NCBI GenBank assembly: GCA_021513715.1
Contig: CP084167.1
Coordinates: forward strand, 2,048,001 to 2,112,000
Length of the DNA stretch: 64,000 nucleotides
Reading direction: 5' to 3'
Origin: Candidatus Heimdallarchaeum endolithica
GTDB taxonomy: Archaea > Asgardarchaeota > Heimdallarchaeia > Heimdallarchaeales > Heimdallarchaeaceae
Notes under the pieces: generated by a model
The model's database searches: none
Told to the model about the DNA's origin: nothing
Seen by the model: the letters and a program-made list of their open reading frames with translations, nothing else
Position numbers and translations under genes: made by a program
Shown: positions 1-8,860 of the stretch, one piece after another
Numbering within the stretch: position 1 is the stretch's first letter
How the letters are laid out: each line of letters starts with the position of its first letter

Positions 1-428
1 ATTTCTATAGCTATATCTCTTGCTTCGTTTTTGTTTACCTTTCTATGTAACTGTATAACTTCGACCATCTGGTCACTTATTTTAAAAATGGGATTAAGGC
101 TTGTCATTGGATCTTGAAATATCATAGCAGCCTCTTTTCCTCTAACATGTCGCATCTGTTCATCTGTTAAGTCTAAAAGATTAACTCCTTTATAGTATAT
201 TTCACTTGGAGGTTGTAGTATACGTCCATTTTTAGGTAAAATTCTCAGCACACTATGACTTGTTACTGTTTTTCCGCACCCGCTTTCACCTACAATTCCA
301 ACAGGTTCTCCGTAACCTACATCAAAGTTAACACCATCAAGTGCCTCAACTACACCACTCTCTGTATAAAAGCGAGTGTAAAGATTTTTCACATCTAGTA
401 TAGGTTCTATTTTTCTCATTATTCTCAT
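1..428 (-). CDS. oppD: Oligopeptide/dipeptide ABC transporter ATP-binding subunit (runs off window edge)
   Basis: Manual translation from ATG at 428 (overlaps upstream stop): MRIMRKIEPILDVKNL...VGESGCGKT (Walker A)...MIFQDPMTSLNP. Confidence 0.9.
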   Translation of the reverse strand, partial: MRIMRKIEPILDVKNLYTRFYTESGVVEALDGVNFDVGYGEPVGIVGESGCGKTVTSHSVLRILPKNGRILQPPSEIYYKGVNLLDLTDEQMRHVRGKEAAMIFQDPMTSLNPIFKISDQMVEVIQLHRKVNKNEARDIAIE

Positions 429-1660
429 TACTCCTTTAGTCTTGGATCCATTGCATCCCTTAAAGCATCACCCAACAAGTTGAAAGCCAATACAACGAAA
501 AATATTGAAAAACCAGGGATGAATGCGAGCTCAGGATTGGATCTGAAAACAGTTTGGGCTTCATTCACCATTTGCCCCCAAGAGATAGTTGTTGGACTAC
601 CCAAACCCAAGAAAGTCAATCCAGCTTCTGATAATATTCCTCCTGCAACAGACAACGTTGCTATAACAATTATAGGAGCTAAAATATTAGGTAAAATATG
701 AAGCAAAATGATACGGCGATTACTAGCCCCTAGCACTCTTGCAGCATTGACATAATCTAACCTGTAGATCTGTTTTGTATTTGCCGTTACCAACCTACAC
801 AGTCCTCCCCAACCAAATATTCCCAGCACAATAATAATAACCATTGATTGAGGAATTTGTTTCAAGAAAGCTATTCGTCCTCTTCTAATAAATGCTACAG
901 CTAGGATAGCAATAACTAAGAAAGGTAGAGATAGGAACATATCTGTGATTCTCATAATAATTTCTTCTGACCAACCGCGATAATATCCTGCGATAGCACC
1001 TAATGATACACCAATAAAGACAGAAAGAACAGTAGAAAATACACCAACTGTTAGAGAAACCTCAGAACCAGCAAGAACTCTTGAGAACTCATCTCTACCG
1101 AGAATGTCTGTACCAGCAGGGTACTTCAAATTAGGTCGAGCAATTGAACCACCGCCATTCCAGGCATCAAATAAAGGAACTTGCTGTACAGGGTTAAAGG
1201 GTAAAAGAATAGGATAGATAATAGCAATTAAAGTTACAATTGCGACTACACTCCCAGATAATAGAGAAACTTTGTTTTTCTTATATCTTCTCCAGATAAG
1301 ACTCCAGTTAGAAGGACTACGTTCCCGCAACGTTCCATCTTTAGCAATAATAAGTTCTTTTTGCATAGCAGTTTGTTTATAAAGTCTAATGGAAAATCTA
1401 ACTGCACCCCAGATTCCTGCAACAATTAAAGACCAGAAAAGAATCCAAATGAAAGTATAATCCCAAGTCACAAATAAAAAGATAAGAAGAAAAACAAAGA
1501 TAGCCAAACTTTCAACAACTATATCGATGCTATAGTGTTTCCAAGCGATAGCTATTTTTGCTACCCAAGACATTGATGGAGGAAGACGATGCTCTTCCAT
1601 ATACGTTTTAACATTATTTTCAAATACAGTTTTTCTTTTTTCACGAGCAACACGTAACAT
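428..1660 (-). CDS. oppC: Peptide ABC transporter permease (OppC/DppC)
   Basis: GTDILGRD and YVNAARVLGAS (EAA loop) motifs; FNLLGDALRDAMDP C-terminus. Confidence 0.92.
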   Translation of the reverse strand: MLRVAREKRKTVFENNVKTYMEEHRLPPSMSWVAKIAIAWKHYSIDIVVESLAIFVFLLIFLFVTWDYTFIWILFWSLIVAGIWGAVRFSIRLYKQTAMQKELIIAKDGTLRERSPSNWSLIWRRYKKNKVSLLSGSVVAIVTLIAIIYPILLPFNPVQQVPLFDAWNGGGSIARPNLKYPAGTDILGRDEFSRVLAGSEVSLTVGVFSTVLSVFIGVSLGAIAGYYRGWSEEIIMRITDMFLSLPFLVIAILAVAFIRRGRIAFLKQIPQSMVIIIVLGIFGWGGLCRLVTANTKQIYRLDYVNAARVLGASNRRIILLHILPNILAPIIVIATLSVAGGILSEAGLTFLGLGSPTTISWGQMVNEAQTVFRSNPELAFIPGFSIFFVVLAFNLLGDALRDAMDPRLKE

Positions 1661-1670
1661 TTTTTTTCAC

Positions 1671-3392
1671 CTACAATTCAATTCTCGGGTCAACAGCAAC
1701 GTAAAAGATATCCGTTACTAAATTACCTAAAAGGATCAAAATAGTAAGAATAGCAGTTGTACCCAAAATCATTGGAAAGTCTAATAATCCAACAGCAACA
1801 ACATACCTATAACCCAAACCTGGCCAAGTGAAAAGCGTTTCTGTAATGGGAGCACCAGCTAAAGCTGAAGCTAAAAACAGACCCACATAGGTAACTACAG
1901 GAATAAGAACATTTCTCCAAGCATGTTTCCAAGTAATAACTCGTTCAGAAAGGCCATTAGCTCGAGCAGCTAAAATATAATCTTGACGAAGGACTTCCAA
2001 CATGGTTGTTCTAACTAAACGAGTATAAGTAGCGAGAGAAGCAAATGTCAAAGCGGTAGTGGGGAGAATCATGTGAATTATCGAATCACCCGTACGCGTC
2101 ATCAACGAGCTCCACCATGTTCCCCAATCACCAGCACGAAGTGCCGACCAATCAACCATTGGAGTTGGAATAGAATGTGCTTTTGCAGCAGGTAACCAAC
2201 CCAAGCCATATCCACTGAAGATGTAAATAAGCATTAAACCAAAAACGAAGATAGGCATAGATAGACCAAGAAGGGCAATAGTACTAGCAGTAGAATCAAT
2301 CCAAGTATTCTGGTTTTTAGCAGCCACTACACCTAGGGGAATAGCTATAAGTAAAGCTAAAACGAAAGAAGCAAGTTGAAGTTTTAATGTCTCCCAAACA
2401 AGTTCGCCAATCATAGTATTAATAGAACGACCACCACGATAACTTTCACCCATATTACCATGAAGGAAGTTATAAAACCAAATAACAAAACGAGCATAAA
2501 CAGGTTGATCCAACCCAAGAGAACGAGTAAGATTAATCTTGTCTTCCTCAGTAACGTTGATTTTACCTAAAAGTAAGAGAGCAACAGGGTCACCCAAACC
2601 AGAAACCATTACAAAAGTCATAACCATAATAGCAATAAACAAAGGAATAAGTGTAAGAAGACGGCGAAGAATATAGATAGTCAACCTCATTGTAGCAAGT
2701 TGTTTAATAAAAGATACAGGTTTAGAGTTAGAGAATTTTCTGCTAAAAGTGCCCTCAACAGGTTTGGTCCAATCAACAGGTAAGAACAAACCCGTTAAAG
2801 CAAGAAGAACGCCAATAATATAAACATAAAACATGAAAGTCATTTGGCCACGTAATGTAATTAAGAAATAAGATGGATTACTATCATTGGGATTGAAAGT
2901 TACAGCAGCTGAAGGAGTAGCTGTCTGCCCAGATAAAAGAGTTTTATATTCATTAGCAGTGAAGTTCAAAGTTCGGTTGATAGCGATTATAAGAACAATC
3001 AAAGAAACTAAAAGAAATAACGCAGCCATGATATCAGCCATATTACCTCTCTTTTTTACGCCTCCAGATTGAAATACTTGGCCTAAAGCGGCAGCAAGAA
3101 CACTGAAAAATAACAAAAACCATAGTGAAGCAGAAAGTATGACTATATTACTCGGAATCTGTAACTCAGTATACACCTTAGTAACGTTGTTGTTGTAATC
3201 ATAGCCAATAGTATTATACTCAACTCTTGAACCAAATATACGAATTAAAAGAGAATCCTGTGTATACTTGTCATGCTCACTCAGAGGAGTAGCATCATAA
3301 TAAATTTTATAGATAGGCACAAAGGCCGTGGTGAATATTAAGACAAAACCTAATACTTTCAATCCAATTGCAATTGCTTTCAAGTTGATCAA
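1671..3392 (-). CDS. oppB: Peptide ABC transporter permease (OppB/DppB) with long N-terminal membrane extension
   Basis: YILRRLL...LGLDQP, DYILAARANGL, ITETLFTWPGLG, DPRI; about 235 extra N-terminal residues with TM segments. Confidence 0.9.
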   Translation of the reverse strand: MINLKAIAIGLKVLGFVLIFTTAFVPIYKIYYDATPLSEHDKYTQDSLLIRIFGSRVEYNTIGYDYNNNVTKVYTELQIPSNIVILSASLWFLLFFSVLAAALGQVFQSGGVKKRGNMADIMAALFLLVSLIVLIIAINRTLNFTANEYKTLLSGQTATPSAAVTFNPNDSNPSYFLITLRGQMTFMFYVYIIGVLLALTGLFLPVDWTKPVEGTFSRKFSNSKPVSFIKQLATMRLTIYILRRLLTLIPLFIAIMVMTFVMVSGLGDPVALLLLGKINVTEEDKINLTRSLGLDQPVYARFVIWFYNFLHGNMGESYRGGRSINTMIGELVWETLKLQLASFVLALLIAIPLGVVAAKNQNTWIDSTASTIALLGLSMPIFVFGLMLIYIFSGYGLGWLPAAKAHSIPTPMVDWSALRAGDWGTWWSSLMTRTGDSIIHMILPTTALTFASLATYTRLVRTTMLEVLRQDYILAARANGLSERVITWKHAWRNVLIPVVTYVGLFLASALAGAPITETLFTWPGLGYRYVVAVGLLDFPMILGTTAILTILILLGNLVTDIFYVAVDPRIEL

Positions 3393-3621
3393 CTCTGACT
3401 AATTTTAATTATACCTTAAAGAATAATATTCTTTTCTTTAACTCACCAATTGTTGATATTTTTATAAGTTTTTTCTAAAGAAATCAAATGATAAGTTAAG
3501 ACAAAAAACTAAACAAAAGAAGACAATAATTAAAAAAAATAAAAAAAGAAGAAACAGAGAGGAAAAAAGTCAAAAATAAACTTTTTTGCTGTTTAAATAA
3601 GATAATAGAGTTAACAACGCT

Positions 3622-4494
3622 ATGAAGAAATTGAAGAACAAAAATTCGGAAAAATTGAGAGAAAAGGTAGTAATAATAACGGGAGCATCTTCAGGAATAG
3701 GGGAACAAGTAGCAAAAGAACTAATAAAATACAAAGCGAAAGTAGTACTATTTGCAAGAACAGAAGAAAAACTAAATAAAGTAGAACAAATACTACAAAG
3801 AAAAAAAATTGACACATTAAGGATAGTAGGAGATATAAAGAAAAACGAAGATATAAAGAGAATAGTAGATGAAACATTAAAGAAATACGGAAAGATAGAC
3901 GTATTACTAAACAATGCAGGATATGGAAAGAATATTGATTTCTTAGAGCAAAGTGATGAAGACATAGAAGAAATGATAGAAACAAACGTGACAGGATTAA
4001 TAAAATTAACAAAAAAAGTAGCAAAAATAATGAAAAAACAAGGAGAAGGGCATATCATAAACATGTCATCTGCAATTGCAGCAGTGCCAACCTATAGGTT
4101 CACAACTTACTGCATAACAAAAGGAGCAGTAAAAATATTAAGCGAAAGTATAAGAAACGAACTAAAAAAAAGTGGAATAAAAGTAAGCACAATTTATCCT
4201 GCACTCCACGATACACCATTCTGTGAAAAAGCTAATATAAACACAAAAACATTCAAAACATACAAAAAAGAGGATCTAGCAAAAGAAATAGTAAAAATAA
4301 TGATAAACAAGAAAAAAGAGTTATATTACCCAAAAATGTATGGAATACTAGCGAAATTAACAGAACACAGCACACAAATAAAAACAGAACTTAGTAAATT
4401 TTTTTCTCGTAAACTAGAAGAAAGTAGATTAATTGAAAAAAGCGAAATAAAAGGAACAAGAAGGCAAACAAATACTAGTAAAACAGTTAATTAA
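3622..4494 (+). CDS. Short-chain dehydrogenase/reductase
   Basis: TGASSGIG, NNAG and YCITK (YxxxK) motifs. Confidence 0.92.
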   Translation: MKKLKNKNSEKLREKVVIITGASSGIGEQVAKELIKYKAKVVLFARTEEKLNKVEQILQRKKIDTLRIVGDIKKNEDIKRIVDETLKKYGKIDVLLNNAGYGKNIDFLEQSDEDIEEMIETNVTGLIKLTKKVAKIMKKQGEGHIINMSSAIAAVPTYRFTTYCITKGAVKILSESIRNELKKSGIKVSTIYPALHDTPFCEKANINTKTFKTYKKEDLAKEIVKIMINKKKELYYPKMYGILAKLTEHSTQIKTELSKFFSRKLEESRLIEKSEIKGTRRQTNTSKTVN

Positions 4495-4683
4495 TGATAT
4501 TTAAAGGAAGAAGAAGAATTAATTTACTACCCCATCTTTAACCTTTTGGTTTATTGAATAAATGATTCTTTTTTGCAATTTAATCAAAAAAAAATAGAAT
4601 AAAACCAAGAATTAGAAGCATTATAACTGTTGATTTTAAAAGTTCTTAATAAATAAGGGGACAGTTTGTATACAGTGATAAAA

Positions 4684-4809
4684 ATGGCAGAAAGAAAAAT
4701 AGGAAGAACAGAAAAATACTGGAAACAAAGACCAGTACAAAAAAGAACGAGACGTGAAGAATTAACTCAAACTTCAATGTATCTCACACAAAGAAGGTGT
4801 ATTAAATAA
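4684..4809 (+). CDS. Putative 41-aa basic small protein
   Basis: MAERKIGRTEKYWKQRPVQKRTRREELTQTSMYLTQRRCIK*; clean ORF followed by T-rich tract; no recognised family. Confidence 0.4.
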   Translation: MAERKIGRTEKYWKQRPVQKRTRREELTQTSMYLTQRRCIK

Positions 4810-4915
4810 AAGGACTATACACCATTTTAATCTATTTTTTTAAACTTTGAATTCCATTAAAAATAAAAAAGTATAATTGTTAATAAAACTAAAGAATATA
4901 AAATAAGCACGTAAA

Positions 4916-5091
4916 GTGAAGAAAGAAAAGCTTTCTTTTCTTATTTATGATTCCCACGATTCGTGAATGATGTCTGTCTCAACCCCTTCATAACAGTGTA
5001 TGTTTGGATTGAGTTCAAGAGATTAAACTTCCTTTAGTTTTTTCTCTTGCAAGACAGAGTGCGAAAAACTTTACGTAAAAAAGCAAATCAT
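4916..5091 (+). repeat. Dispersed ~175-nt non-coding element, copy A
   Basis: Homologous to reverse complement of 49403-49577; core 4944-4984 is 40/41 identical. Confidence 0.85.
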
Positions 5092-5271
5092 GTTAAGTTA
5101 AAGCCTATAACAGCATTTATCTTAAAGAGATTCTGCAGGCAGTGTTAAAATGTTCAAATGATTTGAATAATCAATCAACTAACTAAATCGTAGTTGAAGA
5201 AAAATAACTCAACAAAAAATATTTATACTGAAGAAAAAAAAAAGCAACAGAACTTAATAAGAATAAAAAGT

Positions 5272-5349
5272 GGGGTAGTGATCTAGCCCGGCTATGATAC
5301 CTCCTTGACGTGGAGGATGTCACAGGTTCAAATCCTGTCTACCCCACCA
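5272..5349 (+). tRNA. tRNA-Val(GAC)
   Basis: Acceptor GGGGTAG/CTACCCC, anticodon arm CCTCC-TT GAC GT-GGAGG, GGTTCAAATCC, CCA encoded. Confidence 0.95.
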
Positions 5350-5468
5350 CAGCATTTTTTAAAGTTCCAAGCCGTCTTGTTGGTGTTTACTATTTACGAC
5401 TGATTTGTCTTAATGACTAACTTAATAAAAAAGTAATTTTTTAAAAATCTAAAAAAGGATGAATAACT

Positions 5469-6317
5469 TTGATTAAGTCCAAAGTAGTTATTGTTTTTCC
5501 TAAGAGAGATCAAGCTGCATCATCAATGTGGGATGTAATTAAAGAATCTTCTCTTTTCAAGAGATTAGATTATGAACAAGAGATTTATGCTTATACCAGG
5601 TTTTCTAATGATATTAAAGCTATTCATGTCGATAACGATGGTGTAAATATTTCTAATTTGGAGGAAATAATTAATACTGATTTGTTTATTTTTGCTAGTA
5701 GACATAGTGCTGAATCTGGTTTTCCTGCTTTACTTATTCACACTCCTGGTAATTGGGGTGAAGCTAGACTAGGAGGCAATAGTTACGAGCTTGCTTATTC
5801 TTCTGCTTTAGCCATCAAGATAGGATTAAAGAACTTGAGATTTTTCAAAGACGATTTAAAACTTGAAGAATACAGAGTTGGGATTGAAGTCACCCACCAT
5901 GGTCCTACTAATATGAGTACTCCCTTATGTTTTATGGAATTAGGAAGTAGTGAAAAATATTGGACAGATAAGCGAGGAGCTGAGGGAGTTGCAAAAGCTA
6001 TAATCAAGACTGCAGAGGAGTATTTAAAGGCAAAAAGCAGAGAAAATGGAGAATCTGTTTATGTTGGTTTTGGTGGAAATCACTATGCTTACCGTTTTGA
6101 AAAAAAGTTATATAGTGAAGAAAGCATTCTGATTGGCCACATTGCGCCCAAATATGTATTGGATCATATTAATTATGAGATAGTTAAGCAAGCTTTTGAA
6201 AAGACTATTGAGAACCCTTTCGCTGCCATGGTAGACAAGAAAGGAACAAGATCTGAACATAGGAAGAAGATTAGAGAATTCATTGATAAACTGGGTAAAG
6301 AGTATTTAGAGGTATAA
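5469..6317 (+). CDS. dtdA: D-aminoacyl-tRNA deacylase (DTD2/GEK1 type)
   Basis: IFASRH, HTPGNW, EVTHHGPT, FMELGSSE, GFGGNHYA motifs. Confidence 0.9.
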   Translation: MIKSKVVIVFPKRDQAASSMWDVIKESSLFKRLDYEQEIYAYTRFSNDIKAIHVDNDGVNISNLEEIINTDLFIFASRHSAESGFPALLIHTPGNWGEARLGGNSYELAYSSALAIKIGLKNLRFFKDDLKLEEYRVGIEVTHHGPTNMSTPLCFMELGSSEKYWTDKRGAEGVAKAIIKTAEEYLKAKSRENGESVYVGFGGNHYAYRFEKKLYSEESILIGHIAPKYVLDHINYEIVKQAFEKTIENPFAAMVDKKGTRSEHRKKIREFIDKLGKEYLEV

Positions 6318-6451
6318 AATTGTTTTTGTGTAATATATTACTTCACTCTTCTTCGTTTTTTCTTATTTTTTTATTTATAGTGTTTTTCACTTAGTGTTTT
6401 TTTGCGCACAGTCACATAAAATTTAATAGGTACAATCATTTTTTTTTCTTT

Positions 6452-6922
6452 ATGAATGTAGATTTTGATATTGATTCCATCCTAGCGCGTTATAATTTTG
6501 ATTCTAGCGCTTTAATTCAGATTTTGTCCGATGTTCAAGATAAATATGGTTATCTCCCACGTGAAGTCTTAGAGGACATTTCACAAAAAATTGAAGTCTC
6601 TTTAAGTAAAATGTGGGGTGTAATATCTTTTTATGCCTTATTTAAACTTAAACCTCCTGCCAAATATAACATAACAGTTTGTCAAGGTACAGCATGTCAT
6701 GTTTCAGGAGCAAAACGCAATCTTGAGTACATTGAATCAAAGTTAAATCTAAAAGCTGGAGAACATTCTCCTGATGGGAAATACTCTCTTGAAACTGTAG
6801 CTTGTATTGGTTCATGTGCTTTAGCCCCAACGATCGTTATCAACGGAAAAGTTTATGGCAGAAATACAGTAAAAACAATTGATAAGCTACTTTCGAGATT
6901 AGAGGAGGGCGAAAAAAAATGA
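6452..6922 (+). CDS. NuoE/HydC-like [2Fe-2S] subunit
   Basis: VCQGTACH and ACIGSCALAP cysteine motifs. Confidence 0.92.
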   Translation: MNVDFDIDSILARYNFDSSALIQILSDVQDKYGYLPREVLEDISQKIEVSLSKMWGVISFYALFKLKPPAKYNITVCQGTACHVSGAKRNLEYIESKLNLKAGEHSPDGKYSLETVACIGSCALAPTIVINGKVYGRNTVKTIDKLLSRLEEGEKK

Positions 6923-8859
6923 ATAAATCTAATCATTTTCATGATATAACTGAAGAAGCAATATTATATAGCAAGGAGAAACATAATAAAAATAGGATTA
7001 TTATAGGCTATGGGACTTGTGGTATTGCTGCAGGAGCAGAAGAAGTTCTGAAAGAAGTGCAACAAGTGCTTCATGAATTAAAAATAGAAGATGTCATTAT
7101 AGAAAAAACAGGATGTATAGGTTGTTGTTCTTATGAACCTTTAATGGATATTGAACTAGCTAACTCACCCAGAGTTTCTTATAAAAATGTTAAACCTAAG
7201 GAAGTAAAAGAGATAATAGATAAACACTTTGAAGGAGAACTCAAAAAAGAAAAAGTTTTCTGCATGTTTGATGAACAAGAAAATATTATTCAAAACCAAG
7301 AGTCATGGAAATATAATATTCCAGAGATTTACTCTGGACTACCAACTTTCAAATCCTTGCCAATGTTAAAGAAACAAAAGAGAATAACGTTAAGAAATGT
7401 TGGAATAATTGATCCTGAAAACATCAACGATTACCTTGCTAGAGGTGGCTACCAAGCCCTTTACAAAACTCTAACTGCTCTTTCTCCCAAAGAGGTTATT
7501 GATGAAATCAAATCTTCTGGCCTTCGTGGTCGTGGTGGTGCTGGTTTTCCTACTGGCGTGAAATGGGAATTCGCATATAATGCAGAACTTTCAAAAACGA
7601 CTGAAGATAGTATTGAAAAAACTGAAAAATATGTTGTCTGTAATGCTGATGAAGGCGACCCTGGAGCTTTCATGGACAGATCTTTGATTGAAGGAGATCC
7701 TCATAGTGTAATTGAAGGATTGACTATTGCTGCTTACGCCATTGGAGCAACTAAGGGATTTATTTACATCCGAGCTGAATATCCACTTGCTATTAAACGT
7801 TTAGAGATTGCACTAAAACAAGCCTACGAAAACCATTTTCTTGGAGACAACATTTTTGGTACTGATTTTCATTTTTCTATTGAAATCAGAAAAGGAGCTG
7901 GTGCTTTTGTTTGTGGAGAAGAAACAGCTTTAATAAACTCTATAATGGGATTACGTGGTGAACCTCGTCCCCGTCCTCCTTATCCTGCTGTTTCCGGATT
8001 ATGGGGTAAACCAACAATTATCAACAATGTTAAGACTCTTGTCACAGTTCCTGTTATTCTTCTTAATGGCGCTAAATGGTTTAGCAGCATTGGAACAGAA
8101 GACACTAAGGGTACTGCTGTTTTTGCTCTTACTGGGGACGTTAAAAATTCTGGTTTAGTTGAAGTCCCTATGGGTACAACTCTTCGTGAAATCATTTTCG
8201 ATATCGGTGGAGGTGTCAAAGGGAATAAACAGTTTAAAGCAGTTCAGACAGGGGGTCCTTCTGGTGGTTGTATTCCTTTTTCGCTAATTGATACTCCAGT
8301 TGACTTTGCTTCTCTTAAGAAACTTGGTTCTATTATGGGTTCCGGAGGCATGATTGTCTGTAGTGAGTCCACTTGTATGGTTGATTTAGCTCGTTATTTC
8401 ATGACATTTATCGCATCTGAATCTTGTGGAAAATGCACTCCTTGTCGAGAAGGAACAGTTCGCGCATTAGAAATGCTTGAGAAAATCACATCTGGTGATG
8501 CTACAATAGACATTCTTACTGATTTAGAGCAATTATCACTTGTTATCAAAGATACTGCTCTCTGTGGTTTAGGTCAAACTGCTCCTAATCCTATTTTGTC
8601 TACTCTTAAATACTTCAAAGAAGAATATATTGAGCACATTGAACAAAAAGTATGTCGAGCAAAGGTTTGTCCTGGATTATTCAATTATGTTATTAATGAT
8701 GATCTTTGCATTAAATGTGGTGTGTGCCAAAACGTTTGCCCAGTTGATGCTGTTTTTGGTTCTAAGGAGACTGGTTTTTTCATTGAGAATCGTCTATGTA
8801 TCTCTTGCAATGCATGTTTTGAGCGTTGTCCAAAGAGAGCAATTGAGAAGGTGAATTAA
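6919..8859 (+). CDS. NuoF/HydB-like FMN/NADH-binding subunit with extra ferredoxin domains
   Basis: N-terminal thioredoxin-like 2Fe-2S domain, GRGGAGFPTG, CNADEGDPG, ESCGKCTPCREG, C-terminal 2x CxxCxxCxxxC. Confidence 0.93.
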   Translation: MNKSNHFHDITEEAILYSKEKHNKNRIIIGYGTCGIAAGAEEVLKEVQQVLHELKIEDVIIEKTGCIGCCSYEPLMDIELANSPRVSYKNVKPKEVKEIIDKHFEGELKKEKVFCMFDEQENIIQNQESWKYNIPEIYSGLPTFKSLPMLKKQKRITLRNVGIIDPENINDYLARGGYQALYKTLTALSPKEVIDEIKSSGLRGRGGAGFPTGVKWEFAYNAELSKTTEDSIEKTEKYVVCNADEGDPGAFMDRSLIEGDPHSVIEGLTIAAYAIGATKGFIYIRAEYPLAIKRLEIALKQAYENHFLGDNIFGTDFHFSIEIRKGAGAFVCGEETALINSIMGLRGEPRPRPPYPAVSGLWGKPTIINNVKTLVTVPVILLNGAKWFSSIGTEDTKGTAVFALTGDVKNSGLVEVPMGTTLREIIFDIGGGVKGNKQFKAVQTGGPSGGCIPFSLIDTPVDFASLKKLGSIMGSGGMIVCSESTCMVDLARYFMTFIASESCGKCTPCREGTVRALEMLEKITSGDATIDILTDLEQLSLVIKDTALCGLGQTAPNPILSTLKYFKEEYIEHIEQKVCRAKVCPGLFNYVINDDLCIKCGVCQNVCPVDAVFGSKETGFFIENRLCISCNACFERCPKRAIEKVN

Positions 8860-8860
8860 A

